A DNA stretch of 64,000 bases from a virus (taxonomy: Duplodnaviria; Caudoviricetes): IMG/VR virus record IMGVR_UViG_3300040811_001959. One strand, written 5' to 3'. The position numbers and the translations under genes are program-made. Positions 47,730 through 58,030 of this stretch are shown here, piece after piece (position 1 is the stretch's first letter; each line of letters begins with the position of its first letter). The notes beneath the pieces are model-generated. The model did not search any database and was not told where the DNA came from. It saw only the letters and a list, made by a program, of their open reading frames with translations.

Positions 47730-48326
47730 TTATGAGACCGTGATATAACTATTCACTGGATAGCTACATTGACAAGAATCCTCGACAGTAGTATCGTCGT
47801 AATAAGCTCCACTTCCACGATTATATGAACATACCATAGCACAATAGTAATTTGCAGTACCTATACAACAGCAAACTAAACAATTATTAACTATTGCAAA
47901 ACAAATTTGATTTGTGTATCCGCCTAATGTCCATCTGACGCCGGCTGTAACATCAAAGCATGTAAGGGTTCCTTGTGTAGCAGGTATATTACTACTGGGT
48001 TGCACATATGATCCGTAAGACGTAGTATTTGCACACATAAAAAAATCGCTGCCTTTACCAACATAAACATTAGTCACTGTATCAGCCCATGAGTCAAAAT
48101 CTCCACAAAAAATATCTAACAAAGTATATGTTCCTTGTGGATTTGAAAAAAAAGTTAAATCAGTTTCGGGATCTAATCCTAACACCCGTTGGCATGCCGC
48201 AATGCTTGGATTACAAACTATCAATTGTCCTGTTGTATGTTGCTTTCCTGGTGCTTGTGCGTTCCTTTCCGCTTGGGTGAGTCCTGCTTCTAAAATTATT
48301 ATCTTATCTCTAATTCTAAATGCCAA
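47730..48326 (-). CDS. Cys-rich virion-type protein
   Basis: MAFRIRDKII N-terminus; 14 Cys including VCCC. Confidence 0.55.
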   Translation of the reverse strand: MAFRIRDKIIILEAGLTQAERNAQAPGKQHTTGQLIVCNPSIAACQRVLGLDPETDLTFFSNPQGTYTLLDIFCGDFDSWADTVTNVYVGKGSDFFMCANTTSYGSYVQPSSNIPATQGTLTCFDVTAGVRWTLGGYTNQICFAIVNNCLVCCCIGTANYYCAMVCSYNRGSGAYYDDTTVEDSCQCSYPVNSYITVS

Positions 48327-48327
48327 T

Positions 48328-48771
48328 TTAATCTCCTATATAAACATACTTCACACTAGAATCTCCGTTGTAGTCACAAAATTTAATTAAATTTGCACAG
48401 CCTACCATATATGAATCATATACACACCTACTATAGTAATAAGGATTTTGGACAGTATTATAATATGGTGGTCCTGTGTGTTTAGGAGTCCGGGTATCAC
48501 AATACCTATGGCTATTTGCAACAGAAGAATGCGACCCTAATAAGAACGCTCTCCTGGATAGTCCGCATTTATCAATCGCAGTTCCTGTTGTGCTCCTAGT
48601 CCCTGAGGCTAAATAGGCAATAACTTTTGGACAGCGTAACCATACTTGATTATCGGTAAATGATGTGTTAGAATTCATTCCTTGCCCATACGGAACAATG
48701 GTATCTTTAAAATCTATTGATGTTGTTAAACCTACTGCATCTACAAGGACGCCGTTAATATAAAAAGCCAT
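48328..48771 (-). CDS. Small virion-type protein
   Basis: MAFYINGVLV N-terminus; 6 Cys. Confidence 0.55.
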   Translation of the reverse strand: MAFYINGVLVDAVGLTTSIDFKDTIVPYGQGMNSNTSFTDNQVWLRCPKVIAYLASGTRSTTGTAIDKCGLSRRAFLLGSHSSVANSHRYCDTRTPKHTGPPYYNTVQNPYYYSRCVYDSYMVGCANLIKFCDYNGDSSVKYVYIGD

Positions 48772-49964
48772 TATGGTATTACCTTAAGTTTCAAACTACC
48801 AACATTTGAAAATGATTTAAAGCCAATTTTGATTTCTACATCGTCACCTACTTCTAAATCAAGCGCTCTATATAAAAATCTACCCCTACCGTTTTTTACA
48901 TTACATTTACGTTTACTCAAATAGCCTGCATTGGCCGAAACGTAAAAGTCAATATCTTTTTGAATTATATAGTGATCTGAAATTGTACCTTCTTTATCGC
49001 TTAAATTAGTAGGTGTTAAAATTTTAAGATCAGTCGTATTTAGATCCTCCAAGCAAAGTTTACTATCTATATGTTCATATGTAATTTTATCAGCATCTTC
49101 CGTAAGCAGAACTTCTTCATTATCATATAGACTTACATTGACTAAAATGACATCATCTTTAGATATTTCAAGAGGAGCGTGTAATTGAATTTTAGGTAAA
49201 GGAAGCTCTGCATAACTAGTAAGTAAAGGAAAAACATAAGCAAAGTTTGCCCCGCCGATTTCATTTGTACCTAATTTAAAATCAAAATGAAATTCTCCGT
49301 GACATCTAACGTAATAACTACATTCTGTAAAATCATCGTCTTTATCTAGTATGAAAATAGAAAAAAGTCTTTTCCTAAATTCGCCGCTAGTCCAGAAAGA
49401 TGCGCCCTCTGGTGTTGTCCTTATTAATTTTGGAGCTGTTACATAAGAACTATTAAGTTCATGCCTAACAAAAGGCGACTTTGTTATTACAGAATCAAAT
49501 AGGATATTTTTAGGATAAAACCAATTCATACCGTCAAAATTAAAATCAAACGCCCATAAGGCGCAATCGGACCATTCAACAAAAGTATTTTTATCAAATC
49601 CAACATTTTTATCAAACCCTCTATCATAGGTTGTTGTTCTTGTCAGTATTGAAATGTTACCATCTTGATCAAAAGCTCTGCGAATTTGTGCTCCGCCAAA
49701 ATACCTAAAATATTTTGACTGCACTGATGGTTCATAGAAAATTGAACCAGAAACCACCGACTCTAAGAAATTTGCATCCATATCAATATTATGATCTTGT
49801 AAGAACGAAACTCCATCTTTATTATCTATGAATAGTATGTTTTCTGGCAATTCATCATAGATTTCTTCATGAAAGGCTTTAATTGTAATTGTATTGGTAT
49901 CTACTTCTATTTTAAGAAATAAATTATCTAATAAATCATTTGTGGCCCTAAAATATTGTCGCAT
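48771..49964 (-). CDS. Hypothetical protein with C-terminal Ig-like domain
   Basis: AGYLSKRKCNVKNGRGRFLYRALDLEVGDDVEIKIGF. Confidence 0.55.
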   Translation of the reverse strand: MRQYFRATNDLLDNLFLKIEVDTNTITIKAFHEEIYDELPENILFIDNKDGVSFLQDHNIDMDANFLESVVSGSIFYEPSVQSKYFRYFGGAQIRRAFDQDGNISILTRTTTYDRGFDKNVGFDKNTFVEWSDCALWAFDFNFDGMNWFYPKNILFDSVITKSPFVRHELNSSYVTAPKLIRTTPEGASFWTSGEFRKRLFSIFILDKDDDFTECSYYVRCHGEFHFDFKLGTNEIGGANFAYVFPLLTSYAELPLPKIQLHAPLEISKDDVILVNVSLYDNEEVLLTEDADKITYEHIDSKLCLEDLNTTDLKILTPTNLSDKEGTISDHYIIQKDIDFYVSANAGYLSKRKCNVKNGRGRFLYRALDLEVGDDVEIKIGFKSFSNVGSLKLKVIP

Positions 49965-52900
49965 TATTTTTCCAATCTTTTTTCTAATTCACTAACTTTT
50001 TTAGATAATTCTTTAACAGCCTCTAATAATACAACTGTAAATTTTTGATAATCAACCTTTAAAAATCCTGTATCGCCTCTTTCAACAACTAATTCTGGAT
50101 AATATTCCTGTATCTGTTGCGCCTTAACACCAATCTCTTCTTTATCATTTTTATATAAAAACTTTTCTTTTGCCAGACCGTTCCATTTAAATTTAATGGT
50201 ATCAATGTTTGAAATTGTATCTAAAACGTTTTCAAGACCACCAGTAATGGTTTTAAGTCTTACATCTGATGTATATTCTGTGGTTATATCTCCAGTTGCA
50301 AGTATATTACCTGTTTCGCATTCTAAAAATATATTATCAACTGCTGTAGTGCTTCTTCCTACAATAGTTTTTGCAGTATCAGTACCAAAGTAGAAGCCAT
50401 ATCCATCTTCTGACTCTCTGGTTAACTGTTGCGCTTGTAATTTTGTAGTTGATACATAGGTGTCAAGATTAATGGTAACATCACCAGTTACACTACTATT
50501 AGTATTGATATTATCTCCACCAATAAATTGTATAGTTTGTCCACCTGCAACTGCTCTTACAGTAGAATCGTCTCCTGTAATTTTCCAAACACCACTACCA
50601 TCACCTACAGCAGTGTTTGAAAATTCTACTGTTTTATTGATAGCATTGAAAACTATACCTATACCAGCTCCGGCAATCCATGTAAGAGTATCATAACCTT
50701 CTGCGATTAAATCGTCTTGTGCTTCGGCTTGCCATGTACGAAAAGTGCTATGGGTAAGTGAAATTTTAACTTCTTTGTTTCCTAGATCAACAAAATCAAA
50801 ACCGCTATCTTCATCAAATTGCAATCTAACAAAATCATTTGCTGACTTTATAGGAGTATTAGTATTGTCAATTACATCAACATGGGTTCCTGAAAAAATA
50901 GTGAGCGATCCATCGCTTGCACTTTCGGTATAGACATTGTCATTACCAATAATTTTTAAGGTATCACCTGATCCAATTTCTCTTGAGATATTATCGGTAC
51001 CGGTGTAATTAAAACTGAATGTAACACCGGCTATTGCATTATCAATATATAATTGCGTAATTGAATCTGAAGATAATAATAGAGATTCAGCTGATAGAGA
51101 TTTACCAATAATGCCGTATTCTGTTTGCGTAAGAGTCAAGCTTCCATCTGCATCTAAATAATAATCTTCATTGGTAACTAATCCTGCTTGTTGATCTGCA
51201 ATTTTACCGTTAGTATACACCGGACCTATTTGCCCTGCTCCTGTGCTAGTTTTTACTATACCTATAAATTTACCAGCATTCGATTCAATTGTTGTATAGG
51301 CGGTGTCATATAAAGTACTTTGGCCTGGCCCTGAAGTGTTGCCTCTGTAGGAAATTATAATTTTATTTTTTACAGTGTCGGTAGTAATATCATTGTACCA
51401 ACTAGGATTAAAATAAATATCTTCTGGATCTAAGAAAAGGAATGTTCCTGCTGGATTAATTACGCCTGTTTGTATTTTTCCTCTACCATTGGTAGTGTCT
51501 CGGAACGCAATACAAACTCTTTTAGAATTAGATTCATATGCTGCTGATAAGTAAAGTACGTTATACTCAGCAAATGTGTACGGTAATTTCAAATCAAAAC
51601 CTGTACCAACTATGGTACCAGTTCTATATGTTCCATAATTGCTGTTATCTATGTCACGATATACGACTACAAGCCTATCATTTTCAGGAGTAGTAATGAT
51701 ATCATTATAATCACCATTATTGGCAACCACTGTTGCATCACCGATATTAACTGTAATTGTAGTAACTGTGTTAAATGATGCTGAAACCAACATTACATTA
51801 CCATTAGATCTATGATAAGCTATAATGCTTTGATTCGTGTTAGGATCATATGCCGCTCTAATATTATTGATAATGTTAGTGTCAAATATTTGTTCTGTGC
51901 CTAAACTTAGAGCACCATTTATTATTGTGCCTACAACAATTTTTCCTTGACTATTATCATTAGTATCTTCGTAGTGCAACAAAACTGATTCATCGGTTGT
52001 GTTATAAACCGCATATACCGAACCTGCTATAGCCGAATTTGGAAGATTTATAGGAGAGCGTAGATTAATTTCTGTTCCTGCAATTTCTGCTAATCTAACC
52101 TCATTGTTATACACGATTACTACAAAATCTAATTCAACATGATAGGCAACAGCGACATCAAAGACTGAGCTTGAAACCTGTTTAGGAGTTCCATAATCAA
52201 TTGTATTGTCAGCTTTTATTTGTCCTACCACAACTTTAGTATCAGACTCTGTTATATCCTTGTATACAACTATAACTTTATCTTTTCCATTAAACACAGA
52301 ATCAACATCATTAATATCATTTGCAGTAAACGTATGATCAGTATGGGTTATACTCAAGTTTTCAGTGTAAACTGCAGATACTTTTTCTATTTTACCATCG
52401 GCTCTCAGTGCAACGGTCGTACCACCACGGATGAACTCATGAAATTCAAATTGAGCATCGGCATCTTCTATACCATAACCGGATAATGTAGTTGGAGTAT
52501 TGTAAATTTTTTCCCAGGATGTTTCTGGAAATATTTGCAAATGATCTGAGTTGAGCCCTTTTCCTATTAAACCAAAGTCAGTTTTTGTTGTTGTGAAACT
52601 AGCATCTGAATTTAAATAATAGATTTGATCAAAGGTAAGTGATGTCTGATGCCTATCTACTGCTCCTCTTAGGTTAATTTTTCCAGACTGACCTGCAGGT
52701 ATGTCATCATCTGCAACGCCTATAAAACGGTTAGCATTACCATATAAATTAGACTCTGCAGAAAATAAAGTAATTTCTCCTTTATTATTGTCAACTTTGT
52801 CTCCATAAGCAATGACTGTTTTATTAGTTGTGGTATCAAAAACTGATGCCACAGCAGTGAGAGGATAACCTTGCCCGTCTGCGAAGATAAAATCAGGTTC

Positions 52901-55168
52901 AAATTCTATTGTGTTGGTAGCAGGTCTAACAATGCCTACTTTTGTGATGCCAATTTTTACAGGATCAGTTGTATTTCTTTCATATGAAATGATTACTTTT
53001 TGATTTTGATTATCAAATGATGCTGAAATTTTTGAAGTAAATCCAGTATCAAACACCACAGGAGTACCAAAATTAATATAACTACCTACAAGATATCCTG
53101 TTACCGCAGTACCTCTGCCGCTGTTACCTCCATCTGAATAACATATTACACAATGATCTGTAAAGCTATCCCATACCACTGATATATCGCTGATAGGATT
53201 ACTACTCGAAAAAATGTAATGAGGCCCTACCTGGAAACTTGTTCCTAATGCGTTCGTCCAAATTAAATTTGCATACCCTTGTCCTGTAGCTCCGTCTTGA
53301 TAAGCAAGGAGTGTGAAATCATTTGATACTGTGCCGTCACCGGGTACATTTGTAATAGAATCTATCCAGTTCATAGTTTCTGCAGGATTTACACTAAATC
53401 CTGCAAGATAAACTAAATTAATAGTTGTACCAGTAGTAGTTAATAATCTTACCTGACCTCTATTAGACTCACCCTTAAATGCTAATACTGTTACATTTGC
53501 TAGAGCATCATAACTAATTGAGTGATATAATCCTTGGAAACCATTTGAAGTTTCAACAGCAGTTCCAATAGATAGGGTATTGTTAGATGTAATTATATCT
53601 GCTGCAACAGCAAAGCCTTTGTTAGAATCGTTTACATCAGTATAGGCGAATATCAATTGATTATTAGGAATAAAATTAATAGCAGTATATGCTATTTCAT
53701 CATTAAGGATTTTATAAGATGGTCCGAAATTAATATTGTTACCTGTAATTTCTCCAATACGCACAAAACCATATCCGTCTTGGTTTTTCCATATCACAGC
53801 AATTTTATTATTATCGGAGCTGTAAGCAACATCTATAATCGATGCTTCTTCGCCAATGTCTGTAAAAACTATAGGTAATGTATTAGTAGCTGCATTTAAC
53901 GTGTCGCCACCGACAAATTCAGTTACTGGTTCTACGTTCCCATTTGAATTAACAACTACTACATCACCTTTGTTGACCGTAACTTCAGAAGTGAAGAACT
54001 TTTGGTTATCGCCTAGAGTTTCTTGAAAACTATATAAACCATTACCATCTGCTGTCAAGACTAATCCAGGTAAGACGCTAGAATCTGTATCAACATCTTC
54101 TAAAGCAGATAGTAACCCTGCTTGAAATGACTTAAAATAAAATGTTCCATTGCCTGCAGAGGTTAAGACATCGTTTGCATTAGATGTTGCTGTAACATCT
54201 TGTAGGGTTGCCAGAGTAAGAGCCGAGCTTGCACCCCAATAAAAAGAGTTGCTCGATGCAGCATATAAAACTTGTCCAGCACTTGGATTATTTGTAATCT
54301 GTAATAAATCAGTCACATTACCACTAAATGCATCAGTGATGCCATAACCAACTAATGTAGTTGGTATGTTTAATAAACTGCTAAACTCTTTATCAAATGT
54401 TGCATTGGTTATTGCATTATCAACATAAGTTTTAGTTGTAAAGTTTGCATTATTGGTAAGTTGTGTAATATTGTCTGCTGGTTGTAATGCGCTATCTGCA
54501 AGACTTCCTTGGGTAGAAGTAGCAGCATCTGTGATACCATATCCTGCAAGTGTTGTTGGTTTATTTAAAAGATTATTAAATTGTCCATTGAATGCAGTTG
54601 ATGCTAACTGATAAGGCGTTAGATCAGGTCCTTGTATCCGTATGTTACCATCTGCATCACTATAGGTTGCAATATTTCTTTCGCCTGAAATCTTAATACT
54701 GTCGGTAAGCGGTATAGAAATTATATTGCTATCATCTGCAGCAATTTTTAAATAGATGTCTTCTAATTTAACACTTACAGTAATGTCATTTGCTGAGTCT
54801 CTAATGAAAGAGATACCATATCCTTCATTTAGCTCAACATCAGTTGGCAATGATTGATCAACAATAGCAGCATAACTGGCAACTACATCAACACTATCGG
54901 GTAATGAACTCTTAACAGATAATCTGGTATTATATCCTAAAATTAATTTTTCGCCAGTTGACACAACTCGCAAACTTGTCCGACTAGGTAACACGACATC
55001 TTTTATATAATATCCGTTGTCAATAACCACGTCAACATTTACCATTAAGTTTGTGACATTAGTTAAACTTAATCCAAGTAATGTATATCTTGCAAATGCT
55101 GTTGATTCTAAGATTTGCGTATCATCTAAACCAATATTTTTTACAATTTTATTACCTATTACTGCCAT
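49964..55168 (-). CDS. Long tail fibre with two tandem propeller-like modules and C-terminal intramolecular chaperone (S74-type)
   Basis: SDVRLKT...IKFKWN...GVKAQQIQEYYPELV...KVDYQKFTVVLLEAVKEL; repeated KPTTLAGYGITDA shaft motif. Confidence 0.88.
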   Translation of the reverse strand: MAVIGNKIVKNIGLDDTQILESTAFARYTLLGLSLTNVTNLMVNVDVVIDNGYYIKDVVLPSRTSLRVVSTGEKLILGYNTRLSVKSSLPDSVDVVASYAAIVDQSLPTDVELNEGYGISFIRDSANDITVSVKLEDIYLKIAADDSNIISIPLTDSIKISGERNIATYSDADGNIRIQGPDLTPYQLASTAFNGQFNNLLNKPTTLAGYGITDAATSTQGSLADSALQPADNITQLTNNANFTTKTYVDNAITNATFDKEFSSLLNIPTTLVGYGITDAFSGNVTDLLQITNNPSAGQVLYAASSNSFYWGASSALTLATLQDVTATSNANDVLTSAGNGTFYFKSFQAGLLSALEDVDTDSSVLPGLVLTADGNGLYSFQETLGDNQKFFTSEVTVNKGDVVVVNSNGNVEPVTEFVGGDTLNAATNTLPIVFTDIGEEASIIDVAYSSDNNKIAVIWKNQDGYGFVRIGEITGNNINFGPSYKILNDEIAYTAINFIPNNQLIFAYTDVNDSNKGFAVAADIITSNNTLSIGTAVETSNGFQGLYHSISYDALANVTVLAFKGESNRGQVRLLTTTGTTINLVYLAGFSVNPAETMNWIDSITNVPGDGTVSNDFTLLAYQDGATGQGYANLIWTNALGTSFQVGPHYIFSSSNPISDISVVWDSFTDHCVICYSDGGNSGRGTAVTGYLVGSYINFGTPVVFDTGFTSKISASFDNQNQKVIISYERNTTDPVKIGITKVGIVRPATNTIEFEPDFIFADGQGYPLTAVASVFDTTTNKTVIAYGDKVDNNKGEITLFSAESNLYGNANRFIGVADDDIPAGQSGKINLRGAVDRHQTSLTFDQIYYLNSDASFTTTKTDFGLIGKGLNSDHLQIFPETSWEKIYNTPTTLSGYGIEDADAQFEFHEFIRGGTTVALRADGKIEKVSAVYTENLSITHTDHTFTANDINDVDSVFNGKDKVIVVYKDITESDTKVVVGQIKADNTIDYGTPKQVSSSVFDVAVAYHVELDFVVIVYNNEVRLAEIAGTEINLRSPINLPNSAIAGSVYAVYNTTDESVLLHYEDTNDNSQGKIVVGTIINGALSLGTEQIFDTNIINNIRAAYDPNTNQSIIAYHRSNGNVMLVSASFNTVTTITVNIGDATVVANNGDYNDIITTPENDRLVVVYRDIDNSNYGTYRTGTIVGTGFDLKLPYTFAEYNVLYLSAAYESNSKRVCIAFRDTTNGRGKIQTGVINPAGTFLFLDPEDIYFNPSWYNDITTDTVKNKIIISYRGNTSGPGQSTLYDTAYTTIESNAGKFIGIVKTSTGAGQIGPVYTNGKIADQQAGLVTNEDYYLDADGSLTLTQTEYGIIGKSLSAESLLLSSDSITQLYIDNAIAGVTFSFNYTGTDNISREIGSGDTLKIIGNDNVYTESASDGSLTIFSGTHVDVIDNTNTPIKSANDFVRLQFDEDSGFDFVDLGNKEVKISLTHSTFRTWQAEAQDDLIAEGYDTLTWIAGAGIGIVFNAINKTVEFSNTAVGDGSGVWKITGDDSTVRAVAGGQTIQFIGGDNINTNSSVTGDVTINLDTYVSTTKLQAQQLTRESEDGYGFYFGTDTAKTIVGRSTTAVDNIFLECETGNILATGDITTEYTSDVRLKTITGGLENVLDTISNIDTIKFKWNGLAKEKFLYKNDKEEIGVKAQQIQEYYPELVVERGDTGFLKVDYQKFTVVLLEAVKELSKKVSELEKRLEK

Positions 55169-55195
55169 TTATAATCCTAATAGTTATATTTATTG

Positions 55196-56767
55196 TTACC
55201 CAAAAATTAATATTTGCAGTAAAATATCATCTTCGGCAAATTCAATTGCATTTTCTGCTTGGTTAATTCTTAAATAACCTCCTTTGAATCCTGCATAAGA
55301 ATTTGGGGTATCTATTAAAGCCCTAAAATTAGTAACACCGTCTACATTACTGCCAACAATTTGTGTGTTAAGTTTGTTGACCAATTGCTGGTAAGAAATA
55401 GATTGTAGAGTTTCATTTGCTGCATCACGATACATAAACTGATCCGCGGCATCTAAATCTGGTACTAAATTAGTTTCTGTTGTACCATCAAGGTTTGCAA
55501 TTATTTTATCATTCAAACCTAAAGTTACAAATGGACCAGTTTCGCTTGAGATCCTTTCAATACCACCATCTGGAGTGAAATCATTTGGTAAATCTGCTCT
55601 AATTAGTTCTGGATTAAATTTACGTAATTCAAATGTATTAGGAGCGGTTTCGATTGCACCTAAGAAGGTTGTCTGTAGGGCATTAGTTTCTGATTCAGTT
55701 GCAGTGCTTTGGTTAATTACTGCATCAACCGTTAAAGTAACTGCTATATTGGTTTTACCTGAACCTGTCGCATCTCCTGTTAAATTGATATTTTGATTTT
55801 CTTGCAGGTATGTATTTTCATCAATGGTAATGACAGCATCTTTTCTTACTAAGAAACCGTCTACAGTGAAATCAGATTCTTGTAATGAATCTCCATTTAA
55901 TAAAAGTTGAAATTTGGTAGGCGTATTATAAGGATTCTGCTGAAATTGTGTTTTTTCTAGGACCACATAGGTAGAAGAATCGTAAACTACAATATCGCCT
56001 TTATAATAACCTTCATAACTAGTTGGATCAAACTCTCCTACCCAATCAAAACCTTGGACGAGTAATTGCCAATCTGCATTAATTGCTCCTGTTTGATTTA
56101 CAGGTCTATTTGTAGTGGATGGAGCAATCACTACATAAGTCGTGCCATGGAATACTACGACATCACTTGTTTCATAAAGGGTGCCTGCTTGCCATTTACC
56201 CTTAGGATCTAATCTACCATCCAGTCTTTCAAACTTATCAGGATCAGTGCTTGGATTTTGTCCTACTGCTACAGTTTCAATTGCTAGCCAAATAGTGCTT
56301 TCATAGCTAATAATATCGCCAGGATCTAAATCTTGTGTGCTATTAAAATTAGGAATATAATTACCAAAACCTTTAGCTAGTACTTCCCAATATCCACTAC
56401 CTGTATATAGATCAACATTAGGGTTAGCCCTACCAATTGGAACTGTCTGTAAGGCTATAAAAGTATTAGGACCATATTGAACGATTTGATTTTTATAATA
56501 TATACGATCGGAAAGACCTGTTTGATCTTCGGACCAGGCCCCTAAAAAACTTACCCCTTCTGTTATTTGTAAAAAACTTGCTTGTCCGTTAGGAGTAGGC
56601 GGACGGTTGCCGTTGTCACTATCGTCAACTGTTACAGTTTCGACTTTTACAACATATAAAGATCCGGCAAATGTTACCGCGTCAAAAAATTCTAATTGCT
56701 GTCCATTGTAAGATTCAAAGTCGCCTTTGAAGACCATCCTTACACGGCCAAGATTTAAAGTTGCCAT
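55196..56767 (-). CDS. Virion/fibre protein with W...Y..D.V..G..Y repeats
   Basis: MATLNLGRVRMVFKG and repeated carbohydrate-binding-like modules. Confidence 0.65.
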   Translation of the reverse strand: MATLNLGRVRMVFKGDFESYNGQQLEFFDAVTFAGSLYVVKVETVTVDDSDNGNRPPTPNGQASFLQITEGVSFLGAWSEDQTGLSDRIYYKNQIVQYGPNTFIALQTVPIGRANPNVDLYTGSGYWEVLAKGFGNYIPNFNSTQDLDPGDIISYESTIWLAIETVAVGQNPSTDPDKFERLDGRLDPKGKWQAGTLYETSDVVVFHGTTYVVIAPSTTNRPVNQTGAINADWQLLVQGFDWVGEFDPTSYEGYYKGDIVVYDSSTYVVLEKTQFQQNPYNTPTKFQLLLNGDSLQESDFTVDGFLVRKDAVITIDENTYLQENQNINLTGDATGSGKTNIAVTLTVDAVINQSTATESETNALQTTFLGAIETAPNTFELRKFNPELIRADLPNDFTPDGGIERISSETGPFVTLGLNDKIIANLDGTTETNLVPDLDAADQFMYRDAANETLQSISYQQLVNKLNTQIVGSNVDGVTNFRALIDTPNSYAGFKGGYLRINQAENAIEFAEDDILLQILIFG

Positions 56768-56770
56768 ATT

Positions 56771-58030
56771 TTATAATCCGTCTGTGAAGACAAATTCTCC
56801 ATTGTTATTAATAAATGCATTATCAGCAGAAAAATTGTCAACATGGGTCAAAATCAGATCGCCATCGTTGTCAATACTAAGATCAATGATTACTCCTAAT
56901 AAATTACCACTTCCTCCGCCGGTTCCTTGTTGATCTGTGCCAGGTACCCACTCATAACCATTCCATTTTAAGACATCACCTACTGCAACAGAACTATCAT
57001 ATGCAACATCAAATAAATCATTCAATCCACGTGCTGTGCTATCTGTATCTGGTACAAACTCATAACCGTTCCAGGTTAATGTATCTCCTACTTGGATTGA
57101 ACTGTCATAGGTCACATCAAATAAATCATTCAATCCACGTGCAGTGCTATCTGTATCAGGAACCCATTGTGTACCGTTCCAGGTTAATGTATCTCCTATT
57201 TGTATGTCAAATGTACTGTACGCAACGTCTGTTAATTGATTTAGAGTTGTGGCACCACCTCCGGTTCCTCCGCCGGTGTTGGTAATTTTTATTTGCTGGT
57301 AAGGAGAACCATTAGGATCAAGCTCTATTGCGATGCCTGTCCCTGCGACAAACTCTACAGTATCTAAACCTGTAGCAACAAGATCCTGTTGCCCTGCTGA
57401 TTTCCAATACTTAAACGTTGAGTTCATCTGGACTTTAACAATACCAGATCCTAGATCAACTACATCAAAGCCACTATCAGTATCAAACCTGATTGCTGTA
57501 ACGTCGGTTGTATTACTAATGAGTGTATTATTTGTATCAACTACGCCAACTGAAAGAGCGTTAGGTTTATCTGTTAAGTCATCCCAGCTACCACTAAACA
57601 ATGTAGGTAGATTTGTTAAGTCATTATAATCACCACTAAACAGAGTTGGTTTATCTGTTAAGTCATCCCAGCTACCAGTAAATGCATCAGTGATACCATA
57701 CCCTGCCAGGGTTGTAGGTTTATTTGTAAGATTATTAAAATCTCCATCAAATATAATTTGATTTACAAATTCTAGACCTGTTGCATCTTGTTTGACTTTA
57801 ACAAAATATCCAGCTGATCCTACATAGGTGCTAGGAGTATCTGTTAATTGTCTGAAAACTGTTGCTCCACCACCGCCACCTGCACCAAGAGGTATACCTC
57901 CTGGCGTTACTCCGTCTGATAACCGTAAATCGCCAGTATCTTCATTGTAAAAAATTGTTCCATATTCGCCAACGAAAAGATTTAAGTCAACTTTGACTAA
58001 ACCGGCTTTGATTTTACGAGTAAAATTCAT
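56771..58030 (-). CDS. Fibre-type virion protein with internal repeats
   Basis: GTIFYNEDTGDLRLSDGVTPGG anchor; DLTDKPTLFSG repeats; 36-aa repeats. Confidence 0.7.
   Translation of the reverse strand: MNFTRKIKAGLVKVDLNLFVGEYGTIFYNEDTGDLRLSDGVTPGGIPLGAGGGGGATVFRQLTDTPSTYVGSAGYFVKVKQDATGLEFVNQIIFDGDFNNLTNKPTTLAGYGITDAFTGSWDDLTDKPTLFSGDYNDLTNLPTLFSGSWDDLTDKPNALSVGVVDTNNTLISNTTDVTAIRFDTDSGFDVVDLGSGIVKVQMNSTFKYWKSAGQQDLVATGLDTVEFVAGTGIAIELDPNGSPYQQIKITNTGGGTGGGATTLNQLTDVAYSTFDIQIGDTLTWNGTQWVPDTDSTARGLNDLFDVTYDSSIQVGDTLTWNGYEFVPDTDSTARGLNDLFDVAYDSSVAVGDVLKWNGYEWVPGTDQQGTGGGSGNLLGVIIDLSIDNDGDLILTHVDNFSADNAFINNNGEFVFTDGL
56940..57240. repeat. 108-bp (36-aa) tandem repeats
   Basis: atcaaataaatcattcaatccacgtgc recurs at 57008 and 57116. 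Confidence 0.85.

Noticed and set aside
56940-57240. Diversity-generating retroelement template/variable repeat pair
   Set aside because: The repeats are adjacent in-frame protein repeats, differences are not confined to adenines, and no reverse transcriptase is present in the window.
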